This document shows, piece by piece, positions 33,384 to 41,443 of a stretch of DNA of 53,093 nucleotides. How positions within the stretch are numbered: the stretch's first letter is position 1; every line of letters begins with the position of its first letter. A model generated the notes under the pieces. That model was not told where the DNA came from, searched no databases, and saw nothing but the letters and a program-made list of their open reading frames with translations. The position numbers and the translations under genes were made by a program. Source of the DNA: an uncultured Planctomycetia bacterium (GTDB lineage Bacteria > Omnitrophota > Gorgyraeia > JABMRG01); assembly GCA_964523875.1 (NCBI GenBank), contig CAZGAS010000001.1, positions 1-53,093 of the forward strand, read 5' to 3'.

Positions 33384-33845
33384 ATGAAGAAGATACGAAA
33401 TAAAGATATTGCCCGTAACAAGAAGGCCTTTTTCGAATATATCCTTTCAGACAAGTTTGAAGCCGGGCTTGAGCTTAAAGGGCCGGAAGCCAAGTCTATG
33501 CGTGAGGGAAAGATAAGCTTAAGTGATAGCTTCGTAAAGGTTGAGAAGGGTCAGGTATACCTATATGGTATGCATGTAAGCCCTTATAAGCAGAGCGGCC
33601 CATTCGCGCCGGATCCTACAAGGGTTCGGAAACTACTCTTACACAAAAATGAGATTGAAAGATTAAATAGCCTAACTAACCAGAAGGGCTATACTGTAAT
33701 TCCGACAAGATTATATTTTAAGAGGGGTTTCGCGAAGATAGAGATAGCAGTCGCGAAAGGTAAAAAGCTCTTTGATAAGAGGGAAAAGTTACGTCGACAG
33801 ACTATAGATCGTGAGATAAACAGGTCTCTCAAATTAGGTAAATAG
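33384..33845 (+). CDS. smpB: SsrA-binding protein SmpB
   Basis: IARNKKAFFEYIL...GLELKGPEAKS...LYGMHVSPY...RKLLLHKNEI. Lies directly upstream of tmRNA. The ATG at 33384 is preferred to the TTG at 33345. Confidence 0.9.
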   Translation: MKKIRNKDIARNKKAFFEYILSDKFEAGLELKGPEAKSMREGKISLSDSFVKVEKGQVYLYGMHVSPYKQSGPFAPDPTRVRKLLLHKNEIERLNSLTNQKGYTVIPTRLYFKRGFAKIEIAVAKGKKLFDKREKLRRQTIDREINRSLKLGK

Positions 33846-33872
33846 CGATATTTTTCCTGATAATTAGCATTT

Positions 33873-34277
33873 GGGGGCGATCTGGATTCGACTTGATGTA
33901 TGGCGTAAGAAGGAGCATGCCGAGGTTGGTCAGTTGGCCTCGTAAAAAGCTGACTACAAAATAAGTGCAAAAAACATACGCACAAAAGTAACAGAGGTAA
34001 TTCCTATGAATGTAGGTTTTGCTTCTGTACTACCGCTAGCTGCTTAATTGCAGCTACCGTCAGCCTTTCCTGCCTGCGGGATAGGATCTGGCGTCGCTAG
34101 TAGGCTGGTCCTGTGTTTTTAGCTTTTTGAATACAGGATAAGATTTTTTAAAAGCCGCGCTTTCTAATATCCTTCCTGTGGGAGCCTGGAAAGCTAAGAC
34201 TAAAATACAGGATAAGCATGTAGTCGCCTCTTGCATCACACTTAAGGACGAGGGTTCGATTCCCTCCGCCTCCACCA
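33873..34277 (+). ncRNA. ssrA: transfer-messenger RNA (tmRNA)
   Basis: 5' GGGGGCGATCTGGATTCGAC and 3' GGACGAGGGTTCGATTCCCTCCGCCTCCACCA form a tRNA-Ala-like domain with G3:U. GCCTCGTAAAAAGC precedes the tag reading frame, as in E. coli. Confidence 0.9.
33967..34047 (+). other. tmRNA tag reading frame (predicted AKNIRTKVTEVIPMNVGFASVLPLAA-stop)
   Basis: The resume codon GCA was placed by analogy to the E. coli layout (GCCUCGUAAAAAGC...N12 GCA). 26 sense codons are open, ending in the canonical LAA and then TAA. Confidence 0.55.
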
Positions 34278-34345
34278 TTCTACTTCGCCGTTAAGTACCG
34301 ATACTCCGGTGCGGCTACGTAGGAATCATAAAAGTTCCTGCGGTT
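34278..34345 (+). repeat. copy A of the post-CCA trailer repeat family
   Basis: TTCTACTTCGCCGTTAAGTACCGATACTCCGGTGCGGCTACGTAGGAATCATAAAAGTTCCTGCGG starts directly after the tmRNA CCA. It contains the hairpin GTAGGAA-N9-TTCCTGC followed by GGTTGATTTT. Confidence 0.8.
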
Positions 34346-34440
34346 GATTTTAACTTTTTCCTTATTATCAAGTTTTACTATAAGGAAAGAAAGGGGTGTG
34401 ACCCCGTTTACGGTTATATCTTAAAGTAATTAAGTATCGT

Positions 34441-34468
34441 GTCCCCATAATTCTGTCCCCATAATTCC
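34441..34468 (+). repeat. tandem 14-mer (x2)
   Basis: GTCCCCATAATTCT GTCCCCATAATTCC. Confidence 0.8.
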
Positions 34469-34654
34469 AGAGTTTATTCTGAACCATTCTTGTTTTAATA
34501 TACCTTAGTTGTTACGAAACCACACAGCCTATAGAAGCTATAATAGATTATATATAACTGACGTAACAAAAGGTGTAATTCAGTTGCTTTTTGGGCTAGT
34601 TTTTGGTATAAATAGAAGAAGTTTTACTGTAACTAAGGTGACTTCTTCGATTCT

Positions 34655-35767
34655 ATGAAAATACAAAAATACATTATATTAATATTTACACTTTTACTTG
34701 CTGGCTGCGTTACCACACCGGTAAGAGAGAAGGCTGCGATAAAATCCCCTGCTTATTCCATAGGAGGTATATCTTATGTCAGCCTGGGCTCTGTTGTAGA
34801 TACATATAACCTAAAGTACAATTGGGATGCGATAGCGAAAAAACTGGCCCTCTATAAAGGAGACAATCAAGTAGAGCTTGCCCTGACAAGCGATATCGCG
34901 CTGGTAGATGGCCTGCCAGTAAAACTTAGCGGCCCTGTCAAGTTGTACAAAAGCAGCATAATGCTTCCAAGGGATTTTTCAGAGACAATATTAAAGAAGG
35001 CCTTTGTAAAAAAACGCGCGATTAAGGTTATAAGAAAAAAACCAGTTAAATCAGAATGCGCTTATACAATAGGAAAGATTGTCATTGACCCCGGACATGG
35101 GGGCAAGGATCCCGGCGCTATTGGCAGATTCAGTTTGAGGGAGAAGGACATTACCCTTGATATAGCAAAGAGGCTCAAGCGTCATCTTGAGCAGGCGCGT
35201 ATTGATGTCTCCCTTACACGCTCTGATGACAGCTTTGTATCGCTTTGGCGAAGAGCGGATATAGCGAATAAGAAGGGCGCGGATTTTTTTATAAGTATTC
35301 ACGCCAACGCGGCCCATTCCAGGCAGGCTAAGGGTTTTGAGGTATTTTATCTTTCAGAGGCAGTTGATGATAACGCTAGAGCGATTGCCGCGGCGGAAAA
35401 TGCTTTTTTAAAGTATGAGGATTCTTCATTTGGTTACGCAAAACCGTCGAATAGTCTGGAAGCGACATTGTGGGATATCTGTTATAGCGAAAACAGGCGC
35501 GAGTCCATTGAATTAGCGAAGTGTATTACCCGCGCCGCCTATGAGCAGCTAAAGGCAAAAGACAGGGGTCAAAAGGGCGCGCGTTTTTATGTGCTAAAGG
35601 GCGCGAAGATGCCCTCAGTCCTGATAGAGGTAGGATTCATCTCAAACAAACAGGAAGCCGCGAAGCTCAAGGATTCTTTTTATCGCGAGAAGGTAGCAAG
35701 GGCCATAGCCTCGGGTATTATATATTATAAAAATGAATATGAGACAGAAGACGGTTTTACAAGGTAA
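34655..35767 (+). CDS. N-acetylmuramoyl-L-alanine amidase (Amidase_3, AmiC-like lipoprotein)
   Basis: Lipobox LLAGC and an N-terminal AMIN-like domain. Catalytic domain motifs: VIDPGHGGKDPGA, FISIHANA, VLIEVGFISN. Confidence 0.85.
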   Translation: MKIQKYIILIFTLLLAGCVTTPVREKAAIKSPAYSIGGISYVSLGSVVDTYNLKYNWDAIAKKLALYKGDNQVELALTSDIALVDGLPVKLSGPVKLYKSSIMLPRDFSETILKKAFVKKRAIKVIRKKPVKSECAYTIGKIVIDPGHGGKDPGAIGRFSLREKDITLDIAKRLKRHLEQARIDVSLTRSDDSFVSLWRRADIANKKGADFFISIHANAAHSRQAKGFEVFYLSEAVDDNARAIAAAENAFLKYEDSSFGYAKPSNSLEATLWDICYSENRRESIELAKCITRAAYEQLKAKDRGQKGARFYVLKGAKMPSVLIEVGFISNKQEAAKLKDSFYREKVARAIASGIIYYKNEYETEDGFTR

Positions 35768-36569
35768 CGACAACAGGCCCATAGGGGTATTTGATTCCGG
35801 TGTAGGCGGGCTTACGGTTGTAAAGGAGCTTATAAAACAGCTTCCCGGAGAGGATATAATCTATTTCGGGGATACCGCGCGTGTTCCTTATGGTACAAAG
35901 TCGCGCCAGGCTATCATAAGGTTCTCTATAGAGAACGCGATTTTTCTTCTTAAGCATAATGTAAAATTAATAGTTGTCGCGTGTAATACATCATCCAGTG
36001 TCTCGCTCGCTGCCTTGCGGAGAAACTTTAAGGTACCTATCCTGGGCGTAATTCACCCAGGCGCGTTAGAGGCAACGGCCGCGACCAGAAACAATAGAAT
36101 AGGCGTTATAGGTACTACCGCTACAATCACAAGCAACGCTTATGAAAAACAGATATTAAAGATTGATACTTGTTTTAAGGTATTTTCACAAAGCTGTCCT
36201 CTCTTTGTGTCTTTAGCTGAGGAGGGCTGGCTTGATGGAAAGATTACACGTGATATCGCGCGTTCGTATATAGCGCCTCTTAATTCCAGGTCTATAGACA
36301 CCTTAATATTGGGTTGTACACATTACCCGTTGCTTAAAAAGGCAATAGCGAAAGTTACAGGCAAGGATATCGTACTTATAGATTCAGCGGCATCCATAGC
36401 GAGATCAGCTAAGATGTTATTGAAGAAAGAAGGCAAGTTAAGCAAAAACCAGCGTAACGCGCGGGCAAATTTTTTTGTAACTGACGCGCCAGGGCATTTT
36501 AAGGATATAGGAGAGAAGTTTTTAGGAAAAGAGCTTATTAACGTGAGGAAAACAGATTATGGGATATAG
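35733..36569 (+). CDS. murI: glutamate racemase
   Basis: IGVFDSGVGGLTV, VVACNTSS and LILGCTHYP (the two catalytic Cys motifs). The start may be a few codons downstream, because it overlaps the amidase gene by 35 nt. Confidence 0.9.
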   Translation: MNMRQKTVLQGNDNRPIGVFDSGVGGLTVVKELIKQLPGEDIIYFGDTARVPYGTKSRQAIIRFSIENAIFLLKHNVKLIVVACNTSSSVSLAALRRNFKVPILGVIHPGALEATAATRNNRIGVIGTTATITSNAYEKQILKIDTCFKVFSQSCPLFVSLAEEGWLDGKITRDIARSYIAPLNSRSIDTLILGCTHYPLLKKAIAKVTGKDIVLIDSAASIARSAKMLLKKEGKLSKNQRNARANFFVTDAPGHFKDIGEKFLGKELINVRKTDYGI

Positions 36570-36942
36570 ATTAAAGGTTGAGTCGTCTTTTTCCGCGGCG
36601 CACCGTTTGAGAGAGTATCATGGTAAATGCGAGAGCCTGCATGGGCATAACTGGAAGGTAGAGATATCCATTGTATCGGATACCCTGGATAAGGCCGGGA
36701 TGGTACTGGATTTTAAAAAGATAAAGGCTATGCTGAGTAAGATACTTGGTGAGCTTGATCATAAAGAACTGAACAAACTGTCTCATTTTAAGAAGTATAA
36801 CCCCACATCCGAGTTGATAGCTGAATATATATTTAATAGGTGCAGCAGGAGATTACGAGCCCCCTTAGTATTAGAGAGCGTGTCTGTATGGGAGACGCCG
36901 AGTTCCTGCGCTGTCTATTATAAGAATCCGGATGATAAATAG
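36559..36942 (+). CDS. queD: 6-carboxy-5,6,7,8-tetrahydropterin synthase
   Basis: 127 aa. FSAAHRL...CESLHGHNW (zinc His triad / catalytic Cys region) and SVWETP. Confidence 0.85.
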   Translation: MGYRLKVESSFSAAHRLREYHGKCESLHGHNWKVEISIVSDTLDKAGMVLDFKKIKAMLSKILGELDHKELNKLSHFKKYNPTSELIAEYIFNRCSRRLRAPLVLESVSVWETPSSCAVYYKNPDDK

Positions 36943-37669
36943 AAAGCCGGCAATTATGAAGAGAGTTAGAAGTTCAGTTAAAAAGCCCGGACACAAAGCA
37001 GCCCCTGTTGTAAAGAAAGCCGTAGTCCTGCTTTCAGGCGGGCTCGACTCAGCGACAGTCTTTTCTTACGCCTTGTCAAAAGGCTATGAAGTTTTTTGTC
37101 TCAGCTTTGATTATGGCCAGAGACACAAGAAGGAATTACAGTGTGCCAAGCGCCTCGCTAAATTAAATAATTCTAACTGGCAATTGGTAAAGATGTCTTT
37201 TCCATGGAAAGGAAGCGCGTTGCTTGATAAGAAAACGCAGCTTTCACAATCCGGAAAGATTACAAAGTCGATACCAAACACTTATGTCCCCTCGCGCAAC
37301 ATTATATTTTTAAGTTATGCCGCTTCCTACGCGGAGGTAATAGGCGCGGATACGATATTCATCGGGGCAAATCAGATAGATTATAGCGGATATCCTGATT
37401 GCAGAAGTTCTTTTTTATCCGCTTTTGAGTCAGCGGTTAACAAGGGCACAAAAAGAGGTGTTAGCGGTAAAAAGATAAAAATAACCTCCCCATTGATTCT
37501 AAAGAATAAGAAGGATATAATAAAGATGGGTTCTAAGCTTGGTGTGTTATTTCAGTACACATGGAGCTGTTATGAGGGGGGGAGTTCTCCATGCGGAAAG
37601 TGCGACTCGTGTGTAATTCGAAAAAAGGGATTTGATGCCGCTGGCATTAAGGACCCATTAAGAAAATAA
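36932..37669 (+). CDS. queC: 7-cyano-7-deazaguanine synthase
   Basis: PP-loop AVVLLSGGLDS, YVPSRN, C-terminal zinc cluster CYEG...CGKCDSC. About 28 aa of basic N-terminal extension before the canonical start, so the exact start is uncertain. Confidence 0.9.
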   Translation: MINRKPAIMKRVRSSVKKPGHKAAPVVKKAVVLLSGGLDSATVFSYALSKGYEVFCLSFDYGQRHKKELQCAKRLAKLNNSNWQLVKMSFPWKGSALLDKKTQLSQSGKITKSIPNTYVPSRNIIFLSYAASYAEVIGADTIFIGANQIDYSGYPDCRSSFLSAFESAVNKGTKRGVSGKKIKITSPLILKNKKDIIKMGSKLGVLFQYTWSCYEGGSSPCGKCDSCVIRKKGFDAAGIKDPLRK

Positions 37670-38364
37670 TGGATGACAAGGCAGAGATTATAGAGATATT
37701 CTCTTCTGTGCAGGGAGAGGGCTTACATATAGGCAGGAGGCAGATTTTCCTACGTTTTAAAGGGTGTAACCTGGATTGTAGCTTTTGCGATACAGATAAA
37801 GAACAGCCCGCCGCTCTATATGACATAGATGAAGTCCTTGAAAAGATAGACATCCTTAACATCTCAAGTATACACAACGCGGTTGTCATAACAGGTGGTG
37901 AACCTCTCTTGCGTAGTAAATTTTTAAAGAGGCTCTTGCCAAGAGTCAGGGAGAGGGGTTTTAAGGTCTGCCTCGAGACTAATGCTACATTGGCAAAAAA
38001 CCTTTCTGATGTTATAGAGTATCTGGACACTATATTTGTTGATATAAAACTGCCAAGTGTTGGTAAAAATAAACCATGCTGGCAGGAACATAAGGATTTT
38101 TTAGAGGTAGCCTTTGACAAAGAATTTTTTGTCAAGGTTGTGGTTTCAAGTAGTATAGATATCGCGGAATTTGATAAGGCGATAGAGCTTGTCAGGCACG
38201 CTAGCTTTGATATACCGTTTGTTATCCAGCCTGAGACTAAGAAGGGTTGCTCTAAATTGAATATATCAGCTGATGAGATACTAAACCTGCAGGAGATGGC
38301 CCTTAAGCGGCTAAATAATGTTTTGGTAATTCCTCAGGCGCATAAGATGATGGGGATAAGATGA
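37669..38364 (+). CDS. queE: 7-carboxy-7-deazaguanine synthase (radical SAM)
   Basis: EIFSSVQGEG and the radical-SAM cluster CNLDCSFCDT. Sits within the que cluster. Confidence 0.85.
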   Translation: MDDKAEIIEIFSSVQGEGLHIGRRQIFLRFKGCNLDCSFCDTDKEQPAALYDIDEVLEKIDILNISSIHNAVVITGGEPLLRSKFLKRLLPRVRERGFKVCLETNATLAKNLSDVIEYLDTIFVDIKLPSVGKNKPCWQEHKDFLEVAFDKEFFVKVVVSSSIDIAEFDKAIELVRHASFDIPFVIQPETKKGCSKLNISADEILNLQEMALKRLNNVLVIPQAHKMMGIR

Positions 38365-38756
38365 AAAAGACATATAAAAATTTACAGAATGATATACGGG
38401 ATTTAGATATCCTGAAGATTGAGAGATGGAAAAATAAATATCCCGATAGAGACTATACGGTTTCTATAAAGACTGATGAGTTTACTTGTATATGCCCGAA
38501 GACAGGCCTGCCGGATTATGCCGCTATATCTATAGACTATAACCCTGATAAGTATTGTGTCGAGCTTAAATCATTCAAGCTCTATCTGTTAGCCTATAGA
38601 AATATCGGAATTTTCCATGAGCATGTTATAAACAGAATCCTGGATGATTTTATTAAATCATGCAATCCGCGTTACGCGAAAATTATTGGTGAATTTGGTT
38701 TAAGGGGTGGGATAAGGACAACAGTGAGTAGAGAGCATGAGAGAGATAGAAGCTAA
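38361..38756 (+). CDS. queF: NADPH-dependent 7-cyano-7-deazaguanine reductase (type I)
   Basis: Catalytic Cys in FTCICPKTGLPDY and the QueF motif ELKSFKLYL. Confidence 0.85.
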   Translation: MKKTYKNLQNDIRDLDILKIERWKNKYPDRDYTVSIKTDEFTCICPKTGLPDYAAISIDYNPDKYCVELKSFKLYLLAYRNIGIFHEHVINRILDDFIKSCNPRYAKIIGEFGLRGGIRTTVSREHERDRS

Positions 38757-39576
38757 AAAAATAAGAGAGGCTGTAAAGAGCCTGGCAATAAAGGCGAATT
38801 TTTCGTTACGCGAAGATATACTTAGCGCCTTGAAGAAGGCCTTTAGCCGGGAGAAGAAGCCTTACGCGAAAAGGACTCTTAAGATACTGATTGATAACGC
38901 TAAGATAGCGAAATCAGAAAGAATACCAATATGTCAGGATACAGGCTTTGCGGAGGTTTTTTGTAATATCGGAGGGGATGTCCATGTTAGGGGTGATATA
39001 GCCAGGGCTATAACAGAGGGCATAAAACTTGCTTATGCTGAGGGCTTTTTAAGGAAGTCTGTTGTATCAGACCCTATCCTGAGAAAGAATACAGGTACTA
39101 ATACGCCTTGCGTAATCCATTATGATATTGTAAAGGGGGATAAGATAAAACTGGCAGTTCTTCCTAAAGGATTTGGCAGTGAAAACGCCAGTACTGTTAC
39201 GATGTTAAGGCCTACAGCGTCAGAGGCTGAGATTATAACCCATATAGTAGAAGCAGTAAAGTCTTCCGCCGCGGATGCCTGCCCACCTATAGTAGTGGGA
39301 ATAGGCATAGGCGGTACGCTTGATAAAGCAGCGCTATTGGCTATGAAGGCTATACTCAGGCCCATAGGTAAAAAGAGTCCTAAGAAGCATATCGCGCGTA
39401 TGGAAAGAGAGATATTAATGAGATTAAATAAGACGGATATAGGGCCTGCCGGGTTAGGTGGAAAAACCACATGCCTGGGTGTAAATATTTTGCCTTTTCC
39501 TACGCATATAGCCGGCCTCCCTGTTTGTATAAAAATAAGCTGTCACGCTACTCGCAGCGCCAGTTCTATTATATGA
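38737..39576 (+). CDS. class I (Fe-S) fumarate hydratase / hydro-lyase, alpha subunit
   Basis: PICQDTG, PKGFGSEN and VVGIGIGGT motifs of the FumA N-terminal domain family. Confidence 0.85.
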   Translation: MREIEAKKIREAVKSLAIKANFSLREDILSALKKAFSREKKPYAKRTLKILIDNAKIAKSERIPICQDTGFAEVFCNIGGDVHVRGDIARAITEGIKLAYAEGFLRKSVVSDPILRKNTGTNTPCVIHYDIVKGDKIKLAVLPKGFGSENASTVTMLRPTASEAEIITHIVEAVKSSAADACPPIVVGIGIGGTLDKAALLAMKAILRPIGKKSPKKHIARMEREILMRLNKTDIGPAGLGGKTTCLGVNILPFPTHIAGLPVCIKISCHATRSASSII

Positions 39577-39612
39577 TTTATAGCGTAGGAAATTGTGCGA
39601 AACGCATATTTT

Positions 39613-40134
39613 ATGAAAAGAATATACCTACCACTAACTAAAGATGCAAGAGTAAAACTGAGAGCGGGAGATGAACTGCTTTTATGCGGTAAGCTTTATG
39701 CGGCACGTGATATGGCGCATAAAAGATTTGATAACGCGCTTAAAAAAAACCAGTCTTTGCCCCTTGACCTAAGAGATAATCTTATATATTATTGCGGGCC
39801 GACACCAGCGCGCCCGGGTGCTGTGATAGGTTCATGTGGGCCAACAACATCAAAACGCATGGATGGTTTTACGCCTAGGTTATTAAAAGAGGGATTAGCC
39901 GGTTCTATAGGAAAAGGAAGACGATGCCAGGATGTAATAGAGGCTATTAAAAGGTATAAAGCGGTATATCTTGTAACTGTAGGCGGAGCGGGGGCATATC
40001 TTTCAAAGAGGATACAAAAGGCAAGGATAATCGCGTATAAGGATCTAGGCTGTGAGGGGCTGTATGAGTTTTATGTTAAGGATTTTCCAGTAACAGTAGC
40101 TATAGACTCAAAAGGCCGGAGTATATTCAAATAA
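39613..40134 (+). CDS. class I fumarate hydratase / hydro-lyase, beta subunit
   Basis: LRAGDELLLCGKLYAARDMAHKR, GPTTSKRMD, and VGGAGAY in the C-terminal domain. The ATG at 39613 gives the canonical N-terminus; the ORF opens at a GTG at 39595. Confidence 0.85.
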   Translation: MKRIYLPLTKDARVKLRAGDELLLCGKLYAARDMAHKRFDNALKKNQSLPLDLRDNLIYYCGPTPARPGAVIGSCGPTTSKRMDGFTPRLLKEGLAGSIGKGRRCQDVIEAIKRYKAVYLVTVGGAGAYLSKRIQKARIIAYKDLGCEGLYEFYVKDFPVTVAIDSKGRSIFK

Positions 40135-40154
40135 CCAGAGAGTAAAGGAATATT

Positions 40155-40841
40155 ATGAGAAAAGTAACTATCAGGACAGGTTTTATCAAATACGCGGAAG
40201 GTAGCTGCCTTATCGAGTTTGGTAACACAAAGGTTATATGTACCGCGTCTCTGGAAGATGGTGTACCACCATTTTTAAGAGGAAAAGGTTCCGGTTGGAT
40301 TACAGCGGAGTATAGCATGCTTCCACGCTCCTGCACAAAAAGAACCCCAAGGGAATCTTCCAAGGGCAAGGTTGGCGGCAGGACTCATGAGATACAGCGG
40401 CTCATAGGAAGGTCGTTAAGGTCGGTTGTGGATATGCGCCTGTTAGGAGAGCGGACGATATGGATAGATTGTGATGTAATTCAGGGTGATGGTGGAACCA
40501 GGACAGCCAGCATAACAGGCGCGTTCATAGCCCTTGTTATATGTCTTAAAAAGATGAAAAAAGATAAGCTTATAGAGTCTATACCTGTTAAAGACTATGT
40601 TGCCGCGGTTAGTGTAGGGATTTTAGGTGAAGATATTGCCCTTGATCTTGATTACGCGAAAGATTCTAAGGCAGATGTTGATATGAACGTGGTAATGACA
40701 TCATCCGGAAAATTTATTGAAATCCAGGGTACAGCGGAAGGTGAACCATTCAGTGCCACGCAGATGAAAAAAATGATATTATTAGCGGAGAGCGGGATTA
40801 AAAAGCTTATAGCAAAGCAGAAAGAGATATTAAAGGTTTGA
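40155..40841 (+). CDS. rph: ribonuclease PH
   Basis: Collinear with E. coli RNase PH from its residue ~11: [67 protein letters not shown]. Confidence 0.9.
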   Translation: MRKVTIRTGFIKYAEGSCLIEFGNTKVICTASLEDGVPPFLRGKGSGWITAEYSMLPRSCTKRTPRESSKGKVGGRTHEIQRLIGRSLRSVVDMRLLGERTIWIDCDVIQGDGGTRTASITGAFIALVICLKKMKKDKLIESIPVKDYVAAVSVGILGEDIALDLDYAKDSKADVDMNVVMTSSGKFIEIQGTAEGEPFSATQMKKMILLAESGIKKLIAKQKEILKV

Positions 40842-41443
40842 AAGAGCTTTTATTGGCAACAAGCAACGCTAAGAAACTTGCTGAATTAAAAAGGATGCTC
40901 AGGGGCCATGGCATAAGAATTCTTGGATTGAATAGTTTTAAGACGCTTGGAAAAGTAGAAGAAGATCAAAAGACATTTAAGGCAAATGCCAGGAAAAAAG
41001 CAATAGAGATATCCAAAAGAGTGGATAAGCTTGTTATGGCTGATGATTCCGGCCTTGAGGTTCCCGCTCTTGGCAACAGGCCGGGTATATATTCCGCGCG
41101 CTATGCCGGTGCTTCGCAGGATGATAATAAAAATATCAATAAACTGCTTAAAGAGATGAAACACTTTAAAGGCAGAAAGAGGAAGGCGCGTTTTCGGTGT
41201 GCTGTATGCCTTTCAAAGGGCGATAAGGTTATCAGCATGGTAGAGGGCAGAGTTGATGGCAGTATAGCCTTAAAAAGGCAAGGTGTCGGCGGGTTTGGTT
41301 ATGATCCTGTTTTTGTTCCCGAAGGTTTTGGCAAGACCTTTGCTCAACTTAATTCCGCTACAAAAGACAGTATTAGTCATAGAGGCAGGGCCCTAATAGA
41401 GGCGAGGCAGGCTATTCTCCAATACTTCCAAAGATATTATTAA
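40838..41443 (+). CDS. rdgB: non-canonical purine NTP pyrophosphatase (RdgB/HAM1 family)
   Basis: TTG start overlapping the rph stop. [45 protein letters not shown]. Confidence 0.85.
   Translation: MKELLLATSNAKKLAELKRMLRGHGIRILGLNSFKTLGKVEEDQKTFKANARKKAIEISKRVDKLVMADDSGLEVPALGNRPGIYSARYAGASQDDNKNINKLLKEMKHFKGRKRKARFRCAVCLSKGDKVISMVEGRVDGSIALKRQGVGGFGYDPVFVPEGFGKTFAQLNSATKDSISHRGRALIEARQAILQYFQRYY

Noticed and set aside
33137-34308. A 1.17-kb segment (tRNA-Leu, smpB, ssrA) bracketed by 25/26-nt inverted repeats. I considered a composite transposon or an invertible segment.
   Set aside because: No transposase or invertase lies inside or nearby. The inverted repeats are fully explained by two divergently oriented RNA genes each carrying the same post-CCA trailer.
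36559-38756. queD-queC-queE-queF cluster checked for a preQ1 riboswitch or unusual organisation.
   Set aside because: queD overlaps murI, so there is no leader to host a riboswitch. The four genes are an ordinary preQ1 pathway set.
40155-40190. RNase PH lacks about 10 N-terminal residues relative to E. coli (the MRPAGRSNNQ region). An in-frame TAA at 40143-40145 prevents any extension.
   Set aside because: All catalytic and phosphate-binding core motifs downstream are intact. N-terminal length variation is plausible, so there is no evidence of pseudogenisation.
41412-41443. 32-nt convergent overlap of the 3' ends of rdgB (+) and the AsmA-like gene (-).
   Set aside because: Both ends are set by stop codons, so the overlap is probably real. 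But it is a common consequence of genome compaction and I see no hairpin or other signal in it. I do not pursue it as a feature.
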